Positions 33,932-43,197 of a stretch of 64,000 nucleotides of DNA are shown in pieces. A model generated the notes under the pieces. It saw only the letters and a program-made list of their open reading frames with translations. It had not been told where the DNA came from and made no database searches. Location of the stretch: NCBI GenBank assembly GCA_963812155.1, contig CAWETW010000003.1, positions 192,001 to 256,000 on the forward strand. Direction: 5' to 3'. The DNA comes from Vulcanimicrobiota bacterium (GTDB taxonomy: Bacteria > Vulcanimicrobiota > Vulcanimicrobiia > Vulcanimicrobiales > Vulcanimicrobiaceae). The translations under genes and the position numbers were made by a program. The number at the start of each line of letters is the position of its first letter. Within the stretch, counting starts at the first letter, position 1.

Positions 33932-34930
33932 TTACCGATCCGATGGCGTTTTTGGCGTCGCAGTGACGGTTATCGCGTAGGGGTACGTGTCGAGTGAGTA
34001 GGCGTGCTCCTCGGGCGATCCAGCCGGGTACGGAAACCCACCGACGCCGTATTCGTCGTTAATCGACTCGAGGTCGGTTACCAATGTGTCGTGATGAAGC
34101 CAAAATCCGTTCAGGTGGAGTTGTCCCGCGGCGATTGGTATCTCATCGATCTCCGTTGCCAGCCCGTTGTGGACGGAATAGCGGTGCATCGTATTGTCGT
34201 AGTTGTAGCCGACCAAAAAGTACTTGCCGTCCCATTGAATGCCGGCGCCGTCGGCGTCGGTCGTCGAGATGTTTACGGAAATGAGTTTCTTATGGCCCTT
34301 TTGAAGTTCGGCGTAGATCGCAATTCGGTCACCACCCTGACCGTCGGGGGCATAGCCTTGGATCACCAGATTTCCGTTATTATCGTAGGCGCAGTAGTTC
34401 CAAAACTGGAACGCGGCGTATGAGTACGTTTTCGGCAATCCTTGCGCTTGATGATAGATTTCGAGGTTTTGCTTGCGATGCGAGTCGCCCCACGTCACGA
34501 CGGCAAGGTCGCCACTTTCGGGATCTACTGCACAGCCCGTTGCAGGGTAAGAAAACAACTCGGCAATGGGTTGCGTCCCTCCGGGCGCGTATTCCAGCAT
34601 TTCTGCGCCATTTCTGCTTCCAGAACTGACCCAAATGTTGCCGGACTTGTCGGAGCACAACGTCCCCGATCCTTCGACCGAGACCTGTCCTAGCAGGACG
34701 TGGGTCTTGTAGGCATACGCATTTACCTCTTGGCCATCTGCAATATATACCACGAGCGAGGCCGTCTTGGCGGCGGGGCTCATCCACGAAGCGTGCCGGG
34801 TCGCAGCCGTTCGTAGTTGTGAGCCGGCGTCGACTGGTAAACCGACCTCACGATCTCCGGCACATGCGGACACCAACAATCCGGCCACTACAAGAGCGGT
34901 GCGTCCCATCGTCGAAATCGTCACGGACAT
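33932..34930 (-). CDS. Hypothetical secreted lipoprotein, predicted beta-propeller
   Basis: Lipobox VSAC; SWMSPAAK; C.D..GN, CAVDP..GDLAV, YDNNGNL, GIQWDG blade-like repeats. Confidence 0.7.
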   Translation of the reverse strand: MSVTISTMGRTALVVAGLLVSACAGDREVGLPVDAGSQLRTAATRHASWMSPAAKTASLVVYIADGQEVNAYAYKTHVLLGQVSVEGSGTLCSDKSGNIWVSSGSRNGAEMLEYAPGGTQPIAELFSYPATGCAVDPESGDLAVVTWGDSHRKQNLEIYHQAQGLPKTYSYAAFQFWNYCAYDNNGNLVIQGYAPDGQGGDRIAIYAELQKGHKKLISVNISTTDADGAGIQWDGKYFLVGYNYDNTMHRYSVHNGLATEIDEIPIAAGQLHLNGFWLHHDTLVTDLESINDEYGVGGFPYPAGSPEEHAYSLDTYPYAITVTATPKTPSDR

Positions 34931-35001
34931 ATCCCTTTCTTACTGTGGCCGCACGGCATAACGCAACGGGCTTTCGATTCGTCTAAGGAGGAAACCCACT
35001 G

Positions 35002-35971
35002 ATGCGCATTCGCCTCGCCGAAAGGAGCATCTCCGTCGCATTGCTGGCCGCCATGCTGGCCGGCTGTGCCGGAACGTCGCAGACCACGCCTGCACGAAAC
35101 GCAGCGCTCGCGTCGGTGATGGCGCCGGCAGCGAGCGAACAGCAGAGCCTGCTGTACGTGTCTAATGCATCGAACGTTACGGTCTATACCTATCATAACG
35201 GCAGCGATATCAGCCAACTCGGCACCCTCACCGGCTTTACATCGCCGGGAGGAATGTGCACCGACAAAGCGGGCGACGTCTGGATAACCGATTACTATAG
35301 CCGTAATACCTACGAGTACGCGCACGGAGGCTCCGCGCCGATCGGCTCGAATTATGCCGAAAGTGGGATATCCATACGCGTGCGCGGTCGATAATGCGAC
35401 CGGCAATCTCGCGATTTCTTACGAGCATCCCAACGGACACTTTCGCAACTACGCCCTGGTCGTCGTTTATCCGTCGGGTATGGCGTATGCCCCGAAGACT
35501 GGCTTTGCCCGCACTTACTTCCTTGCGTACGACAACCAAAGCAATCTCTATACGACGGGCCACGCGTGCGGCTATTCCGACTGTTACCGCGAAGGAGACG
35601 TCCGGCTCTACAAGCTCGCGCCGGGAGGCTCGCAGTTCAAACTTGTTAACGGTCCGGCGCGACAATCGGATCCAAGCGCGATTGCCTGGGTGAATCCATC
35701 GTTTCTCATGGGGAACGGGCAATCGGGGAAGAATGGCCCCGCGGCGTTGAAAGTCCAAGTCAGCGGCAACAAGTCGACCATCGTCGGAAAGGTGAAGTTT
35801 CCGGACACCTATTTAACGTATGGATTTTCCATGCGCGCCGGTCTAATTATCGTTCCTGACTACGCTGCCAACGCGGTGCAGATTTACAACTTGCAGGATG
35901 GATCGCTCGTCAACAGCTTTACTGAAGGCCTCAATCAACCGTTTAGCGCCGTCGTCAGCCAGAAAGGATAG
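35002..35971 (+). CDS. Hypothetical secreted lipoprotein, predicted beta-propeller (frameshift near 35345)
   Basis: Lipobox LAGC; paralog of divergent neighbour (CTDKAGDVW, EYAHGG, CAVD..TGNLA, YDNQSNLY); AAGGAGG SD. Confidence 0.7.
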
Positions 35972-36048
35972 CGCTCGCACTTCGACTTCGCGGCTGCGGC
36001 CGCTGCGCTCAGCGTGACACCGGTGGCAGCGTGATACCGGTGGCAGCG
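35972..36048 (-). repeat. REP-like element plus 17-bp tandem repeat
   Basis: Reverse complement TGTCACGCTGAGCGCAGCGGCCGCAGCCGCGAAGTCGAAGTG; CAGCGTGAYACCGGTGG x2.3 at 36010-36048. Confidence 0.7.
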
Positions 36049-36062
36049 GCACGCCTGCGGGG

Positions 36063-36209
36063 CTAGCGCAAGTTTATCGAGATGACGATGAGCCCTCCGG
36101 CGACGCTGAGCGCGAAGAACCCAATGAAGAGCCAGACGCCCAGGCGCTTCCAAAACTCGCGGCGGGCGCGCGCGGAACGCGTTTCGTGCCGCGTGCGCCG
36201 CCGCTTCAC
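36063..36209 (-). CDS. Small single-pass membrane protein (48 aa, not in ORF track)
   Basis: MKRRRTRHETRSARARREFWKRLGVWLFIGFFALSVAGGLIVISINLR*; GTGA overlap with rsfS stop. Confidence 0.65.
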   Translation of the reverse strand: MKRRRTRHETRSARARREFWKRLGVWLFIGFFALSVAGGLIVISINLR

Positions 36210-36550
36210 GGATTGCCCGCAACGCGGCGTTGATCCGCCGGCGACCAGAGCCGCTCGATGTTATAGAAATCGCGTTGTTCGGGCGTGAATACGTGGACGA
36301 TCGCGTCGCCGAGATCGATGAGGATCCAGCCTCCGTCGTTGTACCCTTCGACCTTGCGTACGCTGCCGCCGTTGCGTTCGACCGCCTCGACGATGGAATC
36401 TGCAATTGCGCGGGTCTGAATTTTCGAGCGCCCCGTGACGACGACAAAGGTGTCGGCGAGAATCGTTCGTCCGCCGACGTCGATGGCGGCAAAATCCTCG
36501 GCTTTTTTGTCGAGCGCGGCATCGCGCACGACGTCGATCAGTTCGCGGAT
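36206..36550 (-). CDS. rsfS: Ribosome silencing factor RsfS
   Basis: DKKAED, WILIDLGDAIVHVF, FYNIERLW; start proposed at ATC 36550 (alternative GTG 36529). Confidence 0.92.
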   Translation of the reverse strand: MRELIDVVRDAALDKKAEDFAAIDVGGRTILADTFVVVTGRSKIQTRAIADSIVEAVERNGGSVRKVEGYNDGGWILIDLGDAIVHVFTPEQRDFYNIERLWSPADQRRVAGNP

Positions 36551-37137
36551 ATGGAGACCTCCTCGAGCAGGTTCGGATCGATGCCGAAACTGCGGGCAGC
36601 CGCCGCCGTCGGCGGCGCGAGCGGTTTGCCTTTTGCGGCGTAGTGTCGAATGTTCAGCAGCAGCACGTCGCGCGTCGCGGCGTGCATATCGCGCCGCGCC
36701 AGCTCCCAGAGCTCGCGGCGCTCCGCGAAGCTGCGCGCCGGCTCGAGCGAGTCGGCGAGGTAGACGGTGCAGTCGAGCGGCGACATCTCACCGGCGCCCG
36801 TCGTGTGCTTCTCGATCGCCGAGAGTACGTCGCCGTCGCGCACGCCGAACATTTCGCGCGCCAATGCCGCGCCCAGACGTGCGTGCAGCAGCGTTGGATG
36901 CGCGCGTTCGAACGCCAGGATCGGCATTCCGCGCGCTTCGCATTCGTCGAGCAGCCGCTGCGTGTCGTACAGCCGGGCGAGATCGTGGAGCATGCCGGCA
37001 GTCCGCGCTTTGCGCGCGTCGGCACCGTGAATCTGCGCGAGCACGTCGGCACAGCGAGCCACGCGCACGCTGTGTGCGTAGCGATGCTCCTGTCCGATGT
37101 GGGAGCGTACGCGGCGCGCGAGTTCGCCGAACGTCAA
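36538..37137 (-). CDS. yqeK: HD-domain Ap4A hydrolase YqeK
   Basis: RYAHS.RVA, GMLHDLA, LLHA, KHTTG, YLADSLEP.R; TTGA overlap with rimI stop. Confidence 0.88.
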   Translation of the reverse strand: MTFGELARRVRSHIGQEHRYAHSVRVARCADVLAQIHGADARKARTAGMLHDLARLYDTQRLLDECEARGMPILAFERAHPTLLHARLGAALAREMFGVRDGDVLSAIEKHTTGAGEMSPLDCTVYLADSLEPARSFAERRELWELARRDMHAATRDVLLLNIRHYAAKGKPLAPPTAAAARSFGIDPNLLEEVSISAN

Positions 37138-37673
37138 CGTTCGCAGCGCGCGCGCAACACCGTCAAGCGGTTGCGATACAGATCGCTCTTGAGATTCCCG
37201 GCCCACATCACCAGCGCGCTTTCGTTGTCGTCGCTGTAATACCCGCGGCGCATGGTAACGGTCGTGAATCCGTACTTACGATAAAGTTGCTGCGCGACGG
37301 TATTGCTCTCGCGCACCTCGAGCGTCATCCAGGCGGCGCCGCGCTGGAGCGCTTCGTCGATGAGCCGCAGCAGCATGACTTCGCCGAAGCGCCGGCCGCG
37401 ATAGGCCGGATCGACGGCAATCGTCGTGATGTGTGAGTCTTCGAGGATCACCCAAATGCCGCCGTACGCGACGACGCGGTCGCCGATTCGTCCGACGAAG
37501 TAGTGTGCGAGTTTGTTCGCGTTCAACTCGTTGTAGAATGCGTCCGGCGGCCAGACCGTCGAGAACGAAGCCTTCTCGATATGGGTTACGGCCGCGATGT
37601 CGGATGGCGCCATCGCAACGATCTCGAGCCGATCGTTCTCGGGCGCGGGACGCGCGTCGAGCTCCATCCTCAC
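37134..37673 (-). CDS. rimI: Ribosomal protein S18 alanine N-acetyltransferase
   Basis: HITTIAVDP.YRGR, TLEVRESN..AQ.LY.KYGF, R.GYY; follows tsaB. Confidence 0.92.
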   Translation of the reverse strand: MRMELDARPAPENDRLEIVAMAPSDIAAVTHIEKASFSTVWPPDAFYNELNANKLAHYFVGRIGDRVVAYGGIWVILEDSHITTIAVDPAYRGRRFGEVMLLRLIDEALQRGAAWMTLEVRESNTVAQQLYRKYGFTTVTMRRGYYSDDNESALVMWAGNLKSDLYRNRLTVLRARCER

Positions 37674-37683
37674 GGGCGGCGGC

Positions 37684-38334
37684 TCACAAGAATTTCGGCA
37701 CCTTCGCGGCCGGAAGTTCGCCGTAGTCGGCCGTTACGCCGTGCGGGCTGGGGGCGGGCTCGCATGCGGCGGCCGCCAGCGCTGCGGCGGCGGCGGGAGG
37801 CGTCACCAGGGGCTCGAGAGGATCCACGACGATTCGGCGTTCGGCAAGCTCTGCAAGCACGTCCTTCGAGGCGCCGATGACGACGAGCGTGCGGTCGTTG
37901 CCGGGTGCAATTTCGGCGATCGCATCGCGCGTGCGGCCCGAGGCTCGCCGCACCGCGCCCGCGTCGCGATAGCGCACCGAGACGACGCCCGGCCGGCCGG
38001 CGACGACCGCCAGCACGCGCTCCGGGTCGCGCCCGTATTCCAGCAGATCGAACGACGACACCGGCACGAGCGGAAGGTGCCACGCCTGTGCGAGCGACTT
38101 TGCGTAGGCGACCGCGATCCGCAGTCCCGTGAAGCTGCCGGGACCCGTGCCGACCGCGAGGCGGTCAATCCGTTCGTGTGAAATTCGCGCGTCCCGCATG
38201 ACGTCCCGCAGCATCGTCAGCCCGGCTTCGAGCGCGATGTTTCCGCCGGCGGCGCGCGCCGCAACGACGCGTCCTTCGGCGGCGAATGCGGCCGAAAATT
38301 CACCGAGCGCGCCGTCGATCGCGAGCACGTTCAC
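37684..38334 (-). CDS. tsaB: t6A biosynthesis protein TsaB
   Basis: VLAIDG, GPGSFTGLRI motifs; GTGA overlap with tsaE. Confidence 0.9.
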   Translation of the reverse strand: MNVLAIDGALGEFSAAFAAEGRVVAARAAGGNIALEAGLTMLRDVMRDARISHERIDRLAVGTGPGSFTGLRIAVAYAKSLAQAWHLPLVPVSSFDLLEYGRDPERVLAVVAGRPGVVSVRYRDAGAVRRASGRTRDAIAEIAPGNDRTLVVIGASKDVLAELAERRIVVDPLEPLVTPPAAAAALAAAACEPAPSPHGVTADYGELPAAKVPKFL

Positions 38335-38762
38335 GCGCGCACCTCGCGAACGTCGATCGTGCGCGGCGCGTCGCCGGCGCCGTCGATATCCACATCGTAG
38401 GTTCGCGTCGTTAGCAGTTGCGGCGCGTTGCGCCACCACTCGACGAAAACGATCGAAGTGCCGTCGAACGCTTCTTCGAGCCCGAGCTCGGTCAGTTCCG
38501 ACGAATCCTCGATGCGAAACAAGTCAATGTGGTCGATCGGCGGCTCGCCCGCGTAACGGTGCCAAAACGTGAACGTCGGACTGGTCGTTTGGTCGCGCCC
38601 GTGCAGCGCCTCGACCGCACAGCGCACGAACGTCGTTTTTCCGCTGCCGAGCGCGCCGGACAGCGCGACCACGTCGCCGCTTTTCAAGCCGCGTGCAAAA
38701 CGCTCGGCGAACGCGCGCATCTCGGCTTCGTCGCGCAGGATCGCATGCGACGGCGATTTCAT
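38331..38762 (-). CDS. tsaE: t6A biosynthesis ATPase TsaE
   Basis: GALGSGKTTF, SPTF, HIDLFR, VEW motifs. Confidence 0.92.
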   Translation of the reverse strand: MKSPSHAILRDEAEMRAFAERFARGLKSGDVVALSGALGSGKTTFVRCAVEALHGRDQTTSPTFTFWHRYAGEPPIDHIDLFRIEDSSELTELGLEEAFDGTSIVFVEWWRNAPQLLTTRTYDVDIDGAGDAPRTIDVREVRA

Positions 38763-38867
38763 TGGTGACCGCGGTTATTCGTGCTTGGAGGCCTTCGAAG
38801 CGAATCCTCAGATTGGGCTCCATGCCGAGGATAGCGCGTACCGTTGCCGCGAACGGAAGCGGCGAAC

Positions 38868-40232
38868 ATGACGAACGTTCTCAAGGCTTTCGCTGGATGC
38901 ATCGTCGTTGCCGCGTTCGCGGCCGCGGGCTGCGGTTCATCGTCGGGCGGCGGTGGCGGCACGACGCCGCCGGTTCGGCCGACCCCGACGCCGTCGCCCA
39001 CGTCCCCGCCGGGTCAAAAGATTCAGCACGTCGTCATTCTCATTCAAGAAAATCGCACCGTGGATTCGCTGTTCAACGGCTACCCGGGCGCCGACACCGT
39101 GAAGCAGGGGCTCGGCCAAGACCTCAACCATCCCGGCAAACAGATCACGATACCGCTCAAGCAGATGCCGCTGCAGATGAACATCACGCCGATGAACACG
39201 CACCAGCAATTCCTCGCGGAGTACGATGGCGGAAAGATGGACGGCTTCAACACGGTGGAGGTGGAGCACAATCCGGGCGTCTACGTGTATCAGTATGCGA
39301 ATCCGGCCGACGTGCAACCGTATTGGGACCTCGCTAAACAGTACGTGCTCGCCGACCACACGTTCTCGACGCAGGGCAGCAGCAGCTTTACGGGTCATCA
39401 GGATCTGATCGCCGGCGGCACGCTCATCAACTCGACGCAAGCGATCATCGATAATCCGAGCAATCAGCCGTGGGGCTGCGATTCGCCGAAAGGCACGGTG
39501 ACGTCGCTGATTACGACCGCAGGCGACTATATGCCCAACGCCGGGCCCTTTCCGTGCTTCACCTATAAGACGCTGCGCGATCTGCTCGATGCGAAAGGCG
39601 TGAGTTGGAAATACTACGCGCCGGTCATCGGCACGGATTTCGGCGACTTGTGGAGCGCCTTCGATGCAATCAAACAAGTGCGCTACGGCCCGGAGTGGCA
39701 GAACAACGTTTCATCGGTGCACAATCTCCTCGGCGACATTTCCGGCGGCAAACTCGCGTCGGTCGTGTGGGTGGCTCCGGACTTCGCCAACTCGGACCAC
39801 CCGGGGTCGAAGCCGGATAGCGGCCCGTCATGGATCGCGCAGGTCGTCAATGCCATCGGCGGCAGCCAGTACTGGAACACGTCGGCAGTCTTCGTCGTGT
39901 GGGATGACTGGGGAGGGCTCTACGATCACGTCCCTCCGCCGCAGCTCGACTATCAAGGGCTCGGCATACGCGTGCCGATGCTGATCGTCTCGCCGTACGC
40001 GAAAAAGGGCGTCGTTTCACACACCCAATACGAGTTCGGCAGCCTGGTCAAGTTCGTCGAATCGACGTGGTCGCTGGGCAGTCTCGGCACGACCGACGTA
40101 CGCGCCAACCCCGTCACCGGCGCCTTCAATTTCAAGCAGAATCCACGGCCGTTTTCGGCGATTCCGTCGAAGTACTCACGCTCGTATTTCCTGCACCAGC
40201 GTCCGTCGCTGCGGGCGCCCGACGACGACTGA
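38868..40232 (+). CDS. Phosphoesterase / phospholipase C lipoprotein, paralog 3
   Basis: Lipobox AAGC; QENRTVD, SDHP, WDDWGGLYDHV motifs. Confidence 0.88.
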   Translation: MTNVLKAFAGCIVVAAFAAAGCGSSSGGGGGTTPPVRPTPTPSPTSPPGQKIQHVVILIQENRTVDSLFNGYPGADTVKQGLGQDLNHPGKQITIPLKQMPLQMNITPMNTHQQFLAEYDGGKMDGFNTVEVEHNPGVYVYQYANPADVQPYWDLAKQYVLADHTFSTQGSSSFTGHQDLIAGGTLINSTQAIIDNPSNQPWGCDSPKGTVTSLITTAGDYMPNAGPFPCFTYKTLRDLLDAKGVSWKYYAPVIGTDFGDLWSAFDAIKQVRYGPEWQNNVSSVHNLLGDISGGKLASVVWVAPDFANSDHPGSKPDSGPSWIAQVVNAIGGSQYWNTSAVFVVWDDWGGLYDHVPPPQLDYQGLGIRVPMLIVSPYAKKGVVSHTQYEFGSLVKFVESTWSLGSLGTTDVRANPVTGAFNFKQNPRPFSAIPSKYSRSYFLHQRPSLRAPDDD

Positions 40233-40299
40233 CGCAACCCGCGGCGCGTTTTCGCGATTCCAGGGTATTTGTGAATGAGCCCGAACCTGTCCGTGCCGC

Positions 40300-42804
40300 G
40301 TGAATAACGACATCATCCATCAAGTCAACGTCGAAGACGAAATGCGAGAGAGCTATCTCTCGTATGCGATGTCGGTTATTGTCTCACGCGCGCTGCCCGA
40401 CGTGCGCGACGGCCTCAAACCGGTGCAACGGCGGATCCTCTACGCGATGCGCGAGATGGGCTTCGACCCGAGCAAACAGCACCGCAAGTGCGCTGGTATC
40501 ATTGGCGAAGTGCTCAAGAGTTATCACCCGCACGGCGACCAATCGGTGTACGACGCGCTGGTGCGGCTCGCGCAAGATTTTACGCTGCGCTATCCGCTCG
40601 TCGATGGCCACGGTAACTTCGGTTCGATCGACCCCGACCCGCCGGCGGCGTATCGCTACACCGAGGCGCGGCTGGCGCGCGCGGCGCTCGAAGTGCTGGC
40701 CGACATCGACAAAGAAACCGTCGGTTTCGTTCCCAACTTCGATAATCAAGGCGTCGAGCCGACCGTGCTGCCCGGACGCCTGCCGCAACTGCTCATCAAC
40801 GGCTCGTCCGGCATCGCCGTCGGAATGGCGACGAACGTTCCGCCGCACAATCTCGGCGAAATTTCCGATGCGGTCGCCGCACTCATCGACGATCCCGAGA
40901 CGAGCGACGACGCACTGGCCGACATCGTTAAAGGCCCCGACTTTCCGACCGGCGGAACGATTCTCGGGCACGAAGCGATCCGCGAAGCCTACAAAACGGG
41001 GCGCGGTTCGATCGCAATTCGCGGCAAGGCCGAGATTATCGAAGATCGGGGCAAGCACAAGATCGTCATCACCGAGATTCCGTATCAAGTGTACAAGTCG
41101 CGCATCATCGAGGCCATCGCCGAGGCGCATTCCGAAAAGCGCATCACCGGCATCGCGCGTCTCGACGACGAGTCGAACCGCAAGGGCATGCGCGTCGTGG
41201 TCGAACTGCAGAAATCCGCAACGCCGAAGGTCGTGCTCAACCAGCTCTTCAAGCATACGCCGCTGCAGGCGAGTTTCGGCTTCAACATGCTCGCGCTCGT
41301 GCCCGTCGGCGAGCCGCGCGCCAACGGTTCGGTGGCGCTCGAACCGCAGGTTCTCACGCTCAAACAACTGCTCGAGCATTTTATCGCCCACCGGCGCAAC
41401 GTCGTCACGCGCGCCAAACAATACGATTTGCGCAAAGCCGAAGAGCGCGCGCATCTGCTCGAAGGCTACCGCATCGCGCTCGACAATATCGACGAAGTCA
41501 TCGAAATCGTGCGCGCGAGCCAGACCACGGACGAAGCCAAGCGCCGGCTCGGCGAGCGCTTCAGCCTCACCGACGTGCAGGCGCAGGCGATCGTCGACAT
41601 GCGGCTGCGCACGCTCGTCGGTCTCGAGCGCAAGAAGATCGAAGACGAGTACGCCGAGGTGATAAAAAATATCGCCGATCTGCAAGACATCCTGCGCAGC
41701 CCGCGGCGGATCGCGCAGATCGTCAAGAGCGAAACGCTCGAGATCAAGCGGCGCTTCGGCGATCCGCGCCGCACGGCAATCGAAGCGGCCGAGGACGAGA
41801 TCTCGATGGAACAGCTCGTTCCGAACATCGAGGTCGTCGTGACGTACACCGTCGGCGGCTACATCAAGCGCGTGAGCCTCGACACGTTCCGCACGCAAAA
41901 TCGCGGCGGCCGCGGCGTCATCGGCATCTCGAATCTAAAGCGCGAAGACGTCGTGCGCAACTTCTTCGTGACCAAAACGCACGACCACGTGCTGTTCTTT
42001 ACCAATAAAGGGCGCGTCTACCGGCTGCGCGGCTACGAGATTCCCGATACCACGCGACAAGCGCGCGGGACCGCGCTTGTGAATTTGCTGACGCTGCCGC
42101 CGGGCGAGGAAGTGACGGCCGTCTTCCCGATCGATACGTTCGGCGGCGAGAAGTATCTCGTGATGGTGACCAAGCGCGGCGTCATCAAGAAATCGAAGCT
42201 CGAAGATTTCGCGAACGTGCGGCGCAACGGACTCATCTCGATTAATCTCGACGAGGGCGACGAACTGCTGGCGGTCGATCTCTCCGACGGATCGCACGAC
42301 ATCATCCTCGGCTCGACGCAAGGCATGGCGGTTCATTTCAACGAGAAAAACGTGCGGCCGATGGGGCGTACGGCGCGCGGCGTAAAGGCGATGACGCTCG
42401 AGCGCGGCGACACGATCGTCGCGATGGACGTCATCGCCGACGGTCGCCGCGAAGTGCTGCTCGTCACGTCGCTGGCGTTCGGCAAACGCACGCCCATCGA
42501 CGAGTACCGCCACACCTCGCGCGGCGGCAAGGGCGTCAAAGCGTTCGCCCGTCAGCGCGACGACATCGGCCAAGTCGTCGATCAAATTCTCGTCGCGCCC
42601 GACGACCAGATTCTCATGATCACGTCGGGCAATCAGGTCATTCGCCTGAAGGTCTCGGAAATTCGCAAGACCGGCCGCGACGCGAAGGGCGTTCGCTTGC
42701 AGCGCCTGGGCGACGGCGAGGAGGTCATCGCGGTGACCAATCTCGGAAAACAGGCCAAACAGCTCACCGATATCACTGGCGAACCCACGCAACCCGAACT
42801 ATGA
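40300..42804 (+). CDS. gyrA: DNA gyrase subunit A
   Basis: [26 protein letters not shown] (catalytic Tyr), GyrA-box QNRGGRG, C-terminal pinwheel repeats. Confidence 0.96.
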   Translation: MNNDIIHQVNVEDEMRESYLSYAMSVIVSRALPDVRDGLKPVQRRILYAMREMGFDPSKQHRKCAGIIGEVLKSYHPHGDQSVYDALVRLAQDFTLRYPLVDGHGNFGSIDPDPPAAYRYTEARLARAALEVLADIDKETVGFVPNFDNQGVEPTVLPGRLPQLLINGSSGIAVGMATNVPPHNLGEISDAVAALIDDPETSDDALADIVKGPDFPTGGTILGHEAIREAYKTGRGSIAIRGKAEIIEDRGKHKIVITEIPYQVYKSRIIEAIAEAHSEKRITGIARLDDESNRKGMRVVVELQKSATPKVVLNQLFKHTPLQASFGFNMLALVPVGEPRANGSVALEPQVLTLKQLLEHFIAHRRNVVTRAKQYDLRKAEERAHLLEGYRIALDNIDEVIEIVRASQTTDEAKRRLGERFSLTDVQAQAIVDMRLRTLVGLERKKIEDEYAEVIKNIADLQDILRSPRRIAQIVKSETLEIKRRFGDPRRTAIEAAEDEISMEQLVPNIEVVVTYTVGGYIKRVSLDTFRTQNRGGRGVIGISNLKREDVVRNFFVTKTHDHVLFFTNKGRVYRLRGYEIPDTTRQARGTALVNLLTLPPGEEVTAVFPIDTFGGEKYLVMVTKRGVIKKSKLEDFANVRRNGLISINLDEGDELLAVDLSDGSHDIILGSTQGMAVHFNEKNVRPMGRTARGVKAMTLERGDTIVAMDVIADGRREVLLVTSLAFGKRTPIDEYRHTSRGGKGVKAFARQRDDIGQVVDQILVAPDDQILMITSGNQVIRLKVSEIRKTGRDAKGVRLQRLGDGEEVIAVTNLGKQAKQLTDITGEPTQPEL

Positions 42805-42845
42805 CGAAGCGTGTTTAACCCAACGGAGGATTTGAAGAACATTCT

Positions 42846-43172
42846 ATGAGTGCGCTAGCCGACGTTACCCAGGCCGACTTCGAGCGCGAAGTGTTGCAGA
42901 GCGCCCAGCCGGTACTGGTAGATTTTTGGGCCCCGTGGTGCGGTCCGTGCAAGATGCTCGGTCCGGTCGTCGAGAAAGTCGCCGCGGCCAATGCCGGCAA
43001 AGCGAAATTCCTGAAGCTCAATACCGACGACAACCCCGCGCTTGCCGGGCAGTATCAGGTGTCGGGCATTCCGTGCCTCATCCTCTTCAAAGGCGGCCAA
43101 GCGGTCGACCGCATCGTCGGGTACGTTCCTGAGAACACGATATCCGCGATGCTCGGCAAGCACGTCGCCTGA
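42846..43172 (+). CDS. trxA: Thioredoxin
   Basis: DFWAPWCGPC motif. Confidence 0.96.
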   Translation: MSALADVTQADFEREVLQSAQPVLVDFWAPWCGPCKMLGPVVEKVAAANAGKAKFLKLNTDDNPALAGQYQVSGIPCLILFKGGQAVDRIVGYVPENTISAMLGKHVA

Positions 43173-43197
43173 CGATGCGCGCCGGCGCCTGCCGGCG

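Noticed and set aside
36010..36048. CRISPR-like repeat
   Set aside because: Only 2.3 contiguous 17-bp units, no spacers, no cas genes
40384..41898. Long antisense and alternative-frame ORFs (also 5284-6687, 12348-14033, 15874-17346, 31490-32941)
   Set aside because: Shadow ORFs expected from high-GC codon bias overlapping well-supported genes
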